This document shows positions 49,364-58,613 of a stretch of DNA of 64,000 nucleotides, one piece after another. The stretch comes from Phycisphaeraceae bacterium (GTDB lineage Bacteria; Planctomycetota; Phycisphaerae; Phycisphaerales; Phycisphaeraceae). The stretch is taken from assembly GCA_963674705.1 (NCBI GenBank), contig OY771506.1, forward strand, positions 3,808,001-3,872,000, written 5' to 3'. The translations under genes and the position numbers were made by a program. The stretch's first letter is position 1. Each line of letters begins with the position of its first letter. The notes under the pieces are model-generated. The model was given only the letters and a program-made list of their open reading frames with translations. It had not been told where the DNA came from and made no database searches.

Positions 49364-50482
49364 ATGAAGTACTTAATTATTGATGGGCATCTTGATGCGG
49401 CGGCGAATGCGCTGGGGGATGAGCGGGACCAGATGCTGCCGATCAGCGCGATCCGTGAGCGCGAGAAGTTTGTGCCGAAGTATCAACTGGGCACGTGCAC
49501 CACTTCGTTTGCCGAGATGAAAAGGTGTCGGATACCTTTATGCTTGACGACGGTGCTGGCGAGGGCGAAGCCTTGGATACCGCGTGAAAGATCGTGCCAG
49601 GGGGTTGACTGGGACTGGCCTACACAGGACATGGCGTATGCCTCGGCGATGGGGCAGTTGGCGTATTACCGCGAACTGGAACGGCGGGGGGATGTAGTCA
49701 TCATTGAAGATCGCAAGACGCTGGATACGTTCTGGGCGCGTTGGGAAGCGGGCGATGAAGATGTGCCGGTCGGTTTGATCCTGACGATGGAGGGCGCGGA
49801 CCCGATCACGGAGCCGCAGCGTTTGCATCACTGGTACGAATTAGGTTTGCGGTCGGTCTTTTTGGCGCATTACGGTCATAGTCATTATGCGTGCGGCACG
49901 CCGGCGATCGATCAACCGGAGAGTCACGAGCAGGACGGGCCTGTGACGGAGAAGGGGTATGCGTTACTGAAAGAGATGTCGAAGATCAGCATGCCGCTGG
50001 ACATGACGCATCTATCGGATATCAGTTTCTGGGATGCGGCGAAGGTTTACGATGGGCCGGTGTATTCGAGTCATACGAATTGTCGCGTGTTGGCGGACGA
50101 CCCGAGGCAGTTTGCGGATGAACAGATTAAATTCCTGATCGAGCGCGACGGCGTGCTGGGTTTGTCGGCGCACTTTGCGATGATCAAAGGCGGATTCACT
50201 GGCGAGGCATGCCGATGCGATCCATTGACCGTGACAATGGAAGACATGGCTAACCACATCGATCACATCTGCCAGTTGGCGGGCTCGTCGAAGCACGTTT
50301 GTATCGGCAGCGACCTGGACGGGGGGTTCGGCTCTGAGCGGTGTCCGGTAGGTCTGGATAGCTGCGAGGACCTTCATAAACTCGGTCCTATCATGGAGCA
50401 ACGCGGATATTCGGAGGCGGATATTGCCGGGTTCTTTCATGGGAACTGGCTGCGATATTTAAGGCGTGTTTTGCCTGAATAG
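49364..50482 (+). CDS. Membrane dipeptidase (peptidase M19) family
   Basis: IDGHLD, MEGAD, DMTHLSD, SSHTN, IGSDLDGG. Confidence 0.88.
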   Translation: MKYLIIDGHLDAAANALGDERDQMLPISAIREREKFVPKYQLGTCTTSFAEMKRCRIPLCLTTVLARAKPWIPRERSCQGVDWDWPTQDMAYASAMGQLAYYRELERRGDVVIIEDRKTLDTFWARWEAGDEDVPVGLILTMEGADPITEPQRLHHWYELGLRSVFLAHYGHSHYACGTPAIDQPESHEQDGPVTEKGYALLKEMSKISMPLDMTHLSDISFWDAAKVYDGPVYSSHTNCRVLADDPRQFADEQIKFLIERDGVLGLSAHFAMIKGGFTGEACRCDPLTVTMEDMANHIDHICQLAGSSKHVCIGSDLDGGFGSERCPVGLDSCEDLHKLGPIMEQRGYSEADIAGFFHGNWLRYLRRVLPE

Positions 50483-50593
50483 TGTGTTTTTCCGCAGGCG
50501 TTCCTGTAAACAACCGATAAATCAGATAGCCATCAAACCCCGGGGCGGTGGTTGGTTTAAGTGTGAAGTCAGGGCAAGATCAGGGGTATAGGA

Positions 50594-51664
50594 ATGATTG
50601 AGAGGCTATTCACACAGTGCATGATCCGGCCGGAAGATATCACGCCGTCGGATGAGACGATGCGCGTGGTCGGCGTGTTGAATCCGGGCGCTGCGCCGTT
50701 CGGCGACGGGACGGTGTTGCTGGTGCGTGTGGTGGAGGAACCGGTCGAGAAGCGCGAAGGGTACATCGCTTCGCCACGCGTCGAACCCAGCTACGGGATG
50801 GTGATCGACTGGCTGGATGACAGTGAATACAACACGGACGATCCGAGGCTGGTCACGCATAAGCAGACGGGCGAGCTTCGGCTGAGGTTTATCTCGTATC
50901 TGAAAGTGGTGTACAGCGCGGACGGGCGGATGACGGATGGATTCAACGGTCCGATCGTTTGGCCACAGGGGCCTTACGAAATCTACGGCATTGAGGACCC
51001 GCGCATCACGTTGATCGGCAGCACGTATTACATCACGTATGTTGCGGTTTCGCCCTGGGGGATTTGCACGTCGATGCTATCGACGGTGGACTTCCATTCG
51101 TTCCGCAGGCACGGGGTGATCTTCTGCCCGGATAACAAAGACGTTGTGCTGTTCCCGAACAAGGTGATGGGTGACTACATCGCGCTGCATCGGCCGCAGG
51201 GTTCTGCGAAGTTCAGCCCGCCGGAGATCTGGTTGGCGAGGAGCCCGGACCTGATCCATTGGGGGACGCACTCACGATTGCTGGGCGCGGAAGCGGGGAC
51301 CATGCAGGACCGCATCGGCGGGGGGACGCCACCGATCCGCACGCGCGAGGGCTGGCTGTCGATCTATCACCGCAGTGAAAAGGCAAAACAGGAAGACGCG
51401 GTCGGCGCGTATTCAGGCTATACGTTGCTGCTTGATCTGGACAACCCGACGCGTGTGCTGGGCCAGTCGCATGCGGCGGTAATGTCAGCCGAAGAACCGT
51501 TTGAGAAAAGCGGGTACGTCGACAACGTCGTCTTCCCGACGGGGATTGTCGATATGAACGATCACGTGCTGGTTTACTATGGCGCGGCCGATGAATGCGT
51601 GGGCGTGACGGCGTTCAGCCGTGAGGCGCTGGTGGATTCGGTGAGTCTCGGCGCGGCATGGTGA
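50594..51664 (+). CDS. GH130 family glycoside phosphorylase/hydrolase
   Basis: VLNPGA, GIEDPRIT, NKDVVLFP, ALHRP, NVVFPTG, YYGAAD. Confidence 0.88.
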   Translation: MIERLFTQCMIRPEDITPSDETMRVVGVLNPGAAPFGDGTVLLVRVVEEPVEKREGYIASPRVEPSYGMVIDWLDDSEYNTDDPRLVTHKQTGELRLRFISYLKVVYSADGRMTDGFNGPIVWPQGPYEIYGIEDPRITLIGSTYYITYVAVSPWGICTSMLSTVDFHSFRRHGVIFCPDNKDVVLFPNKVMGDYIALHRPQGSAKFSPPEIWLARSPDLIHWGTHSRLLGAEAGTMQDRIGGGTPPIRTREGWLSIYHRSEKAKQEDAVGAYSGYTLLLDLDNPTRVLGQSHAAVMSAEEPFEKSGYVDNVVFPTGIVDMNDHVLVYYGAADECVGVTAFSREALVDSVSLGAAW

Positions 51665-51764
51665 CAGTTGGCACTGCTTGATTAGCAGATCATACAAGCA
51701 ATCCGGCCCTCACCCTAACCCTCTGCCGAGGGCAGAGGGGACCGCAGTAAATTCCTATCATCTA

Positions 51765-52808
51765 TTACGCCATCTGATTTGGTGCTGCGCTGGGGAAGGT
51801 GACTTCCAGCCAGATGGAGCCGGCATAGTTTTTCAGGACGACGTCTTTCATGCCGGGGGGCAGGAACAGGGTTTGGCCGTGCTTGAAGGTGACGTCGGGT
51901 GCGCCATCACAACTGAACGTGCCGCCGCCTTCGAGGACCATCCATAGCACGGGCTGGTCGAAAGTCAGCTTGTGTTCGCCGGCGTTTTCGAGATGGTAGC
52001 GGTCGATGTTGAAGTACTCGCAGGTGACGAGGCGTGTGACTTTGCCGAATTGGCCGTCGTACCAGGTGTTTAGTTCGTATTTGCTGACATCCGGCGGGCC
52101 GAACTCGATGCACTGCATGGCCTGATCGATGTGCAGTTCGCGGCCGGTCCGCCCCCAGTCGTAGACGCGGAAGGTCGTGTCGCTGGGCGTTTGCACCTCG
52201 GCAACCATGACACCGGCGCCGAGTGCATGGCACGTCCCGCTGGGCAGGTAATGGCAATCGCCCGGATTGACGGGCACCGCGATGAGCAGGTCTTCGACCG
52301 TATTGTCTTCGATCGCTTTGCGGAATTGTTCGGGGGTTGTGCCTTGCTTCACGCCTTTGAAGATCACGGCCCCGGGCTTTCGGTCGAGGATGTACCAGGC
52401 TTCACTTTTCAAAAACGCATCATCGTGCGTCGCTGCATAATCCGGGCTGGGGTGGACCTGGACTGAAAGGTGCTGTCCCGCATCGAGGAACTTGAGGAGG
52501 ATGGGGAAGCCGCCGGTGTCGGTGAGTTGCACGTCGCCTGAGACGGCGCGGCCGTAGGCTTTGATGACCTCGGACAATGTCTTGCCGGCCAGCGGGCCGT
52601 TGGCGATGGTGGAACGTTCTTCGCCGCCGCCGCCGCCCGAGACGGAGGTCTGCGCGAGGTCGGCCAGTTCCCAGGATTCACCGATGAGTGTGCCTGAGTT
52701 GCCGGGCAGGTGCCGACCGAATTTTTCCAGCGTTCGGCCGCCCCAGACTTTTTCCTTGTAGATCGGCTCAAATAAAAGCGGGTAGAGCGGCGAATTATTC
52801 CCTGACAT
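51765..52808 (-). CDS. manA: Mannose-6-phosphate isomerase type I (cupin)
   Basis: KVWGG, GESWE, KFLDA...LSVQVHP, KSEAWY, GTCHA, EVQTPSDTTFRVYDW. Confidence 0.88.
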   Translation of the reverse strand: MSGNNSPLYPLLFEPIYKEKVWGGRTLEKFGRHLPGNSGTLIGESWELADLAQTSVSGGGGGEERSTIANGPLAGKTLSEVIKAYGRAVSGDVQLTDTGGFPILLKFLDAGQHLSVQVHPSPDYAATHDDAFLKSEAWYILDRKPGAVIFKGVKQGTTPEQFRKAIEDNTVEDLLIAVPVNPGDCHYLPSGTCHALGAGVMVAEVQTPSDTTFRVYDWGRTGRELHIDQAMQCIEFGPPDVSKYELNTWYDGQFGKVTRLVTCEYFNIDRYHLENAGEHKLTFDQPVLWMVLEGGGTFSCDGAPDVTFKHGQTLFLPPGMKDVVLKNYAGSIWLEVTFPSAAPNQMA

Positions 52809-52875
52809 TTTCACATCCTGCCTGTCTTAATTTGTACTGGTTCTGAACATCGGGCCTCAAGTATACTCACTTACC

Positions 52876-53781
52876 ATGAAGCGACACATCAATCTCACGG
52901 CTAACGCATTGGCAGTCAGTTTTGTTCTGATTCTTGCGGTTAACACGTTTGGCCAGGATATCAAACCGATCGAGATCGCTTACGGCGAGCATGAGCGGCA
53001 GCGTGTGGATCTGTATCCCTCGCCAAATGCCAGTGCGGAGCAGTTAAGCCCGGTGGTGATTTACTTTCATGGCGGCGGATTCAGGGACGGCGATAAATCC
53101 AAGGTCTCCGAGAACCTGATCAAACGCATGCATGACAAGGGCATCAGCGTTGCGGCTGCGAATTACCGGTTGATCTCGGTTGACGCGTTGCCGGCCGCGA
53201 TGTACGACGGGGCGCGGGTGGTGCAGCAACTTCGGCATGATGCGGCGAAGTATCATCTGGACCCGCAGCGTGTCGCGGTGCTTGGCAGTTCAGCCGGTGC
53301 GGGGATCTCGCTGTGGATCGCGCTGCACGATGACCTGGCCGACGCGGAATCGGAAGACCCTGTCGCGCGGCAGTCCTCGCGTGTGTTATGTGTGTATGCC
53401 AAGAACGCACAGGTGTCGTACGACCCGCGTTTCTGGCGGAAGATCGGGTTAGGTAAGGTGATAGACAGCCGTTCGATGCATGAGCTTTACCGGGAGCCGG
53501 ACGATGCGGAGGTCGGGCCGGAGCTGATCGCGAAGTTTGAGGCGGCATCACCGATCACCTTCCTGTCGGCCGACGATCCGCCGATCCGGCTGGATTACAG
53601 CTACGGGATGGAGCTGGATGAGAAGACCAGCGGGTCCGCCCTGATCCACCATCCTTTGCACGGTAAAGCCCTTCTGGAGGCCTGCGAGGGGGTCGGCGTC
53701 GAATGTATCCTGACCTATCCCGGAGGGCCTCAGCAGCAGGAAACGGGGTACGGCTACCTGATCCGAAAAATCCGCGAATAA
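52876..53781 (+). CDS. Secreted alpha/beta hydrolase (HSL-like carboxylesterase)
   Basis: Signal peptide, HGGGF, ANYRL, GSSAG. Confidence 0.85.
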   Translation: MKRHINLTANALAVSFVLILAVNTFGQDIKPIEIAYGEHERQRVDLYPSPNASAEQLSPVVIYFHGGGFRDGDKSKVSENLIKRMHDKGISVAAANYRLISVDALPAAMYDGARVVQQLRHDAAKYHLDPQRVAVLGSSAGAGISLWIALHDDLADAESEDPVARQSSRVLCVYAKNAQVSYDPRFWRKIGLGKVIDSRSMHELYREPDDAEVGPELIAKFEAASPITFLSADDPPIRLDYSYGMELDEKTSGSALIHHPLHGKALLEACEGVGVECILTYPGGPQQQETGYGYLIRKIRE

Positions 53782-53914
53782 CCGGAACCAGGCCGGGATC
53801 CGGGCGTCCAAGACAGGGGAGTTGCCCGTTTTTTGAGGGCTTAAGGCCGGTTTTCCCTTGAACGGCTGAAGCTGATGGGCAACAATGTATCTGGCTCCTG
53901 TAAGGAGGTTCACG

Positions 53915-54649
53915 ATGCGAAAACAGCTTTTTGGTTTCGGTCTGATCGCGGTATTTGCCACGGCAGCGATGGTGCAGTCGGCATCAGCGCAGGATTATCG
54001 TTACACCAGCCGGGCCGAGTTGTATGAAGCGCAGGCCCGGGAGTATGTCGCTGCACGTACGCAGGCCGTCAGTTCGCGGACGCGCTACGTCCAGCCACGT
54101 GTCGATCACATGCGTGTCGTTGCACCGCAGCGTACGCGCACGGTCTACGTCGGCGGTTATGTGAACGTTTCCCAGCCGCAGGTCTATCACAACGCGTCTT
54201 ACCAGGACAGCGAGGCGGTGACGGTTATTCAAGAGGTTTCGCCGAATGACGGCACGTTGCTGCTCGGGGACACGGTGGCGGACAACGATCCGGGCGTTGT
54301 GCAGGACAGCTACATGCAACAGAGCACGCCGTCGCAGGCCAGCGGTTTGCAGCCGTCGCATTACGGCAGCTACAGCAGCTACCCGTCTGCCGGCAGTTAC
54401 ACCCCCGCGAGCAGCTACAGCAGCGAGACCGTTGTTGTGTATCGTTCGTACCCGGCTTACCGGCCACGATATGTGTATTGTCCACCGCCGCCGCGTTATT
54501 ACTATCCCCGTTATCACCATCGACCGTATGGTCATTACGACCGCTGGCGACACTGCGACCCATATCCACGCTATGGTGTCGGCGGTTATTACGGCCGAGG
54601 CGGCCGCTGCGGCTCAAACTGGGGGGTCTCGGTTTACTTCAGGTTTTGA
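53915..54649 (+). CDS. Secreted low-complexity Tyr/Pro/Arg-rich hypothetical protein
   Basis: AAGGAGG RBS, signal peptide ending ASA, C-terminus WGVSVYFRF. Confidence 0.65.
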   Translation: MRKQLFGFGLIAVFATAAMVQSASAQDYRYTSRAELYEAQAREYVAARTQAVSSRTRYVQPRVDHMRVVAPQRTRTVYVGGYVNVSQPQVYHNASYQDSEAVTVIQEVSPNDGTLLLGDTVADNDPGVVQDSYMQQSTPSQASGLQPSHYGSYSSYPSAGSYTPASSYSSETVVVYRSYPAYRPRYVYCPPPPRYYYPRYHHRPYGHYDRWRHCDPYPRYGVGGYYGRGGRCGSNWGVSVYFRF

Positions 54650-54708
54650 GTAGGCCCAATAGCCATTAGCCGTTAGCCATTGGCCGTTAGCACAGAGCTG
54701 TGACCACC

Positions 54709-54791
54709 GTTTGATCGATTGAACATTCCACATCGAACATTGAACATCCGACCCGCCCGGACCTTCGCTGCGCGCGGGACCGGCGTTGGGG
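54709..54791 (+). repeat. 83-bp direct repeat, copy 1 (preceded by ttagcc heptamers)
   Basis: About 5 mismatches to 55765-55847 by manual alignment. Confidence 0.85.
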
Positions 54792-54954
54792 ATATCGCGC
54801 TGTATGGCCTTTGAACGCGGCGATTATCGGTGCATGCGCTTACTCACATGTCTTTATTGATGCCGTGATTTTTCACTTGCCGATGCTTTGATGAAGATGC
54901 GCCTGATTCGGTTTACCGCGCGTGGCGGCCGATGCGGGTGTGGAGATTATCGGC

Positions 54955-55692
54955 ATGTTTATCGTCAGTGGTTCGCTTCCCAAGTCCGGTGCAACATGGA
55001 TGTACAACATGGCCAACGCGGCGCTGGTCGCGGCGGGTCATGACGACATGTACCAGTTGCGCAAACGGTTCGGCCTGTCGCGGATCGTCTCGGAACGGGC
55101 GGGCGAGATCAGCTACCCCGGGCCGAGTGTGATGGCGAAGTTACTTGTTCCGCACACGCTGGGGCACACGGTCTGGGTCCGCACACACCTGCCACCCTCG
55201 CGGACGATGCGCACCTTGTTGCGGGCGGGCATCGTCAAGGCAAGCTATCTGTATCGCGATCCACGGGACGTCGCGCTGTCGGCGTTCGACCACGGCCAAC
55301 GGTCTCGCTCACGCGGCACGACGCATCACCTCGGCCAACTACTGACAATCGAAGATGCGATCCGTTACACCCAGGATGAACTGCTGCCGCAATGGGAGCA
55401 GTGGACATCGTGCCCCAATGTGGTGCATCTGCGGTACGAACAGCTTATCGCCGATCCCGCTCAGACCCTCGCGGATCTGTTCGAAGGTTTTAACCTATCC
55501 GTGCCGGGAGATGTGATCGAGCAGACGGTCAAGCAGTTTGATAAATCATCGTTGGACTTCAAGCAGCGAGACAACCTGCTGATCAACAAGGCTTGTGCCG
55601 GCCGATTCAACGAGGAGATGAACGCCTCGCAACTGGGGCTGGCGCGCGACTGTTTCGGGCCCTATCTACAACGCATGGGGTATGCGGCGTGA
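54955..55692 (+). CDS. PAPS-dependent sulfotransferase domain protein
   Basis: 5'-PSB motif SLPKSGATW, 3'-PB motif YRDPRDVALS, LRYEQL. Confidence 0.85.
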   Translation: MFIVSGSLPKSGATWMYNMANAALVAAGHDDMYQLRKRFGLSRIVSERAGEISYPGPSVMAKLLVPHTLGHTVWVRTHLPPSRTMRTLLRAGIVKASYLYRDPRDVALSAFDHGQRSRSRGTTHHLGQLLTIEDAIRYTQDELLPQWEQWTSCPNVVHLRYEQLIADPAQTLADLFEGFNLSVPGDVIEQTVKQFDKSSLDFKQRDNLLINKACAGRFNEEMNASQLGLARDCFGPYLQRMGYAA

Positions 55693-55764
55693 GAGAGCGG
55701 TTAGCCATTAGCTATTAGCCGTTAGCCATTAGCACGGAAATGCGGCTGTGCTCGGCGCGGGCTG

Positions 55765-55847
55765 GTTTGATCGATTGGACATTCCACATCGAACATTGAA
55801 CATCCAACCCACCCGGACCTTCGCTGCGCTCAGGACCGGCGTTGGGG
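55765..55847 (+). repeat. 83-bp direct repeat, copy 2 (preceded by ttagcc heptamers)
   Basis: Matches 54709-54791. Confidence 0.85.
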
Positions 55848-55977
55848 GGAGAAAAAACAGAAAAGCAGAAAATACGAAAAACCATTAGCGATTAGCGATT
55901 AAACATTAGAAATACAATCCCCACACCCCACACCCCACACCCCACACCCTTCGCCCACTCGTAGCTATAATGCCTCG

Positions 55978-57240
55978 ATGAATCCACGGCGGCCTACACG
56001 ACAGATTACGCTCGGCGATAAAGACCACGGTTTTGTGCGGATCGGCGGCGATGCGCCGGTTTCCGTGCAAACGATGACGGCCGGGTACACGCATGACATC
56101 GACGCCTGCGTCGCTGAGATCAATCGCCTCGCGGCGGTGGGGGCGGATATCGTGCGGGTCGCGGTGCCGGAGCGGAAAGACACAGAGGCCCTGCAGCACA
56201 TTTTGCCACAGGTGCGTGTGCCGATCGTCGCGGATGTGCATTTTCACTTCCAGCGGGCGCTCGAGGCTGTGGAGGCGGGGGTTCACAAGATCCGCCTGAA
56301 TCCCGGCAATATCTCCGACCGCGCGCAGGTCGAGAAGGTCATCGACGCCTGCAAGGAGCGTAAGTTACCGATTCGTGTAGGGGTGAATGAAGGGTCGATC
56401 ATCGAGCGCAAGGACAAGCAGAAGAGGATGAAGGAGCTGGGCGAGGTCTTTGCCGACGATCGGCACGGGCGATTCCTGGCCATCATGATCGCCAAGCTCG
56501 AAGAGTACCTGGATATCTTCTACGAGCGCGACTTCTACGACATCGCCATCAGCGCCAAGAGTCCGGACCCGACGCTGTGTATCTCGGCGTATACCGAAAT
56601 CAGCAAGCGGTTCGATCATCCGCTTCATCTCGGGGTGACGCATGCCGGGCCGCGCGAGACGGGGGCGATCCGCTCGATCGCGCCTTTGAGTCACCTATTA
56701 GCAAGCGGTGTCGGCGACACGATCCGCATCAGCTATGCGAGCGATCCGGTGTATGAAGTCGAGGATGCGCTGGAGCTTTTGTATTGCCTGGAGCTTCGCG
56801 AGCGAAAGGGCGTGGACCTGATCGCCTGCCCGACGTGCGGGCGGATTCAGGTGGATCTGTTCACGCTCGTGCAGGAAGTGCGCAGCGCGTTAGCAGAGCA
56901 CATCGAGCTACCGATCAAGGTGGCGGTGATGGGTTGTATTGTTAATGGGCCCGGCGAAGCCGAGGGCGCGGACGTTGCGATATTTGCCGGCGATCGACGT
57001 GGGATCATCTACGTGCAGGGTGAAAAGGTTGCGAACGTGCCGGAGGAAGAGATCTTGACCGCGCTGCTTGAAGAATGCCGAAAGTTCCAGGAACGGGTCA
57101 AGAAAGGCGAAGCCAAACTCGGCGAAAAGGTCGTCGACATCATCCCCCCCGACCCGATCGGCGAACTGGGCAGCGGCGTCGACAAGATCGCGTCCGGGGA
57201 TGTCGAAAAAGTGACAAAGCTGACGATTTCGGGGCAGTAA
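55978..57240 (+). CDS. ispG: (E)-4-hydroxy-3-methylbut-2-enyl-diphosphate synthase
   Basis: VSVQTMT, ADVHF, RLNPGNI, HLGVT, GDTIRIS, ACPTCGR, VMGCIVNGPGEA. Confidence 0.96.
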   Translation: MNPRRPTRQITLGDKDHGFVRIGGDAPVSVQTMTAGYTHDIDACVAEINRLAAVGADIVRVAVPERKDTEALQHILPQVRVPIVADVHFHFQRALEAVEAGVHKIRLNPGNISDRAQVEKVIDACKERKLPIRVGVNEGSIIERKDKQKRMKELGEVFADDRHGRFLAIMIAKLEEYLDIFYERDFYDIAISAKSPDPTLCISAYTEISKRFDHPLHLGVTHAGPRETGAIRSIAPLSHLLASGVGDTIRISYASDPVYEVEDALELLYCLELRERKGVDLIACPTCGRIQVDLFTLVQEVRSALAEHIELPIKVAVMGCIVNGPGEAEGADVAIFAGDRRGIIYVQGEKVANVPEEEILTALLEECRKFQERVKKGEAKLGEKVVDIIPPDPIGELGSGVDKIASGDVEKVTKLTISGQ

Positions 57241-57247
57241 TATATGC

Positions 57248-57937
57248 ATGTTTAGATCGGAGGATCCATTGCCTGAAGATATTGAAGTAGAAGCGGGTGA
57301 TCAGAATAGCACTGACACCGTTACCGAGGATATCTTATGCCTGAATTGTGACTATAACCTACGCGGCTTGTCACAATCGGGGCAATGTCCTCAATGCGGT
57401 TTTAACGTCAGGAAGTCTGTTGCCGCTCATCCGGCAATGTCAAAAAGAGAGTTGGCTGTACTAGCCTTTCGTGTTACAGCGATTTGGTACTTCCTAAGGG
57501 CCATGTACCGGCTTGCGGAAGTAGCTCACATCTCATCAAGCCATATCTTCCAAGATATTTTCGTGATCCTCTTATTTACATCTATCGCCGCGGGTATACC
57601 GGTATTGATCTGGTGGATCGCTTCATGGCTTTCTAAACGTGCTATCCGTAACGATGGCCGTATCTCACTTAGCGGCCCGATGGCTCCCAAACATGCGATG
57701 ATCATCGCGTGCAGCGTGATTGGCCTTGTCTACACGATTTTTGGGGCACAAGAATTAATTTGGCTGGTAATATCTTTTGCTCGCACGCCGGATGTCGGAT
57801 TGCTGGTTGATTATGGAATTACCTCCGGCTTCAAACTACTGGTCGGCGTAGTCATGATTGCCGGGGCGGTTAGGATATCCGAATTCATAATCTGGCTTCG
57901 TTTCGCAGGGACGAAACGAGGCAACCAGACCGGGTAA
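57248..57937 (+). CDS. Membrane protein with N-terminal zinc ribbon
   Basis: CLNCDYNLRGL...CPQCG followed by about four TM helices; AT-richer than neighbours. Confidence 0.7.
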   Translation: MFRSEDPLPEDIEVEAGDQNSTDTVTEDILCLNCDYNLRGLSQSGQCPQCGFNVRKSVAAHPAMSKRELAVLAFRVTAIWYFLRAMYRLAEVAHISSSHIFQDIFVILLFTSIAAGIPVLIWWIASWLSKRAIRNDGRISLSGPMAPKHAMIIACSVIGLVYTIFGAQELIWLVISFARTPDVGLLVDYGITSGFKLLVGVVMIAGAVRISEFIIWLRFAGTKRGNQTG

Positions 57938-57991
57938 GAAAACCCGACCAGGATGGTCGGGCTATATGTGGTTTGGTTTTCTGCGTTTGAA

Positions 57992-58357
57992 TCAGGCAGG
58001 CCCGATACTCACCTTAAGTTTTCGGCTGGCGAACTGGTCTTTGTAGAGTTCGGCGCGTTCGCGGTGGGTGATCATCAGCAGGGCGCGGCCGCGGTTGCTG
58101 GCTTCGAGCGTGCGCCGAACGGCGGCCTGTTCACTCAAAGGTGTCAGCATGCGGATGGTCTTGACGACGTCTTCCATGGTGTTGACGTTGTCGTTGATAA
58201 GCACGACTTTCCACGGCGGGAGTTTGCCGGGCTTCAGTCGAGAGGGTCGGCGGGTTGGGGTGGGTATAGAGGTTGATGTAGGGGAGTTGGTAGCCTCATC
58301 CATGGGCACTTCTGAATCCTGTACTTCGTGGTGCAAATCTTCGGGACGGTCCGCCAT
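57992..58357 (-). CDS. clpS: ATP-dependent Clp protease adaptor
   Basis: PWKVVLINDNVNTMEDVV, GRALL, ERAELY. Confidence 0.85.
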   Translation of the reverse strand: MADRPEDLHHEVQDSEVPMDEATNSPTSTSIPTPTRRPSRLKPGKLPPWKVVLINDNVNTMEDVVKTIRMLTPLSEQAAVRRTLEASNRGRALLMITHRERAELYKDQFASRKLKVSIGPA

Positions 58358-58613
58358 GGCTTTCTCCTTTTCCGTCGAACTGCCCCTGACCGAAAAGCGA
58401 TGCCTGGCCCAGAACTGGGTCGGACGTCACACGCATCCATGCTGTTGGTTATACGGGCACAAGCCAGACCCCGTTGTCTCCATGTACGTGCATTATATCA
58501 CAAAGCAAGAAACACCGCGTCCGGATAAAAACGCGCGGTGTTTGATGCCGCGTTTAAAAGATGTTAGAGTTCAAAATTGTTTCAATCTGGGAAATATATG
58601 CAAGGGAGGCAAG

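Noticed and set aside
58068..58613. N-terminal 182 aa of the 885-aa ORF
   Set aside because: Overlaps clpS on the opposite strand; RBS and signal peptide point to ATG 58614
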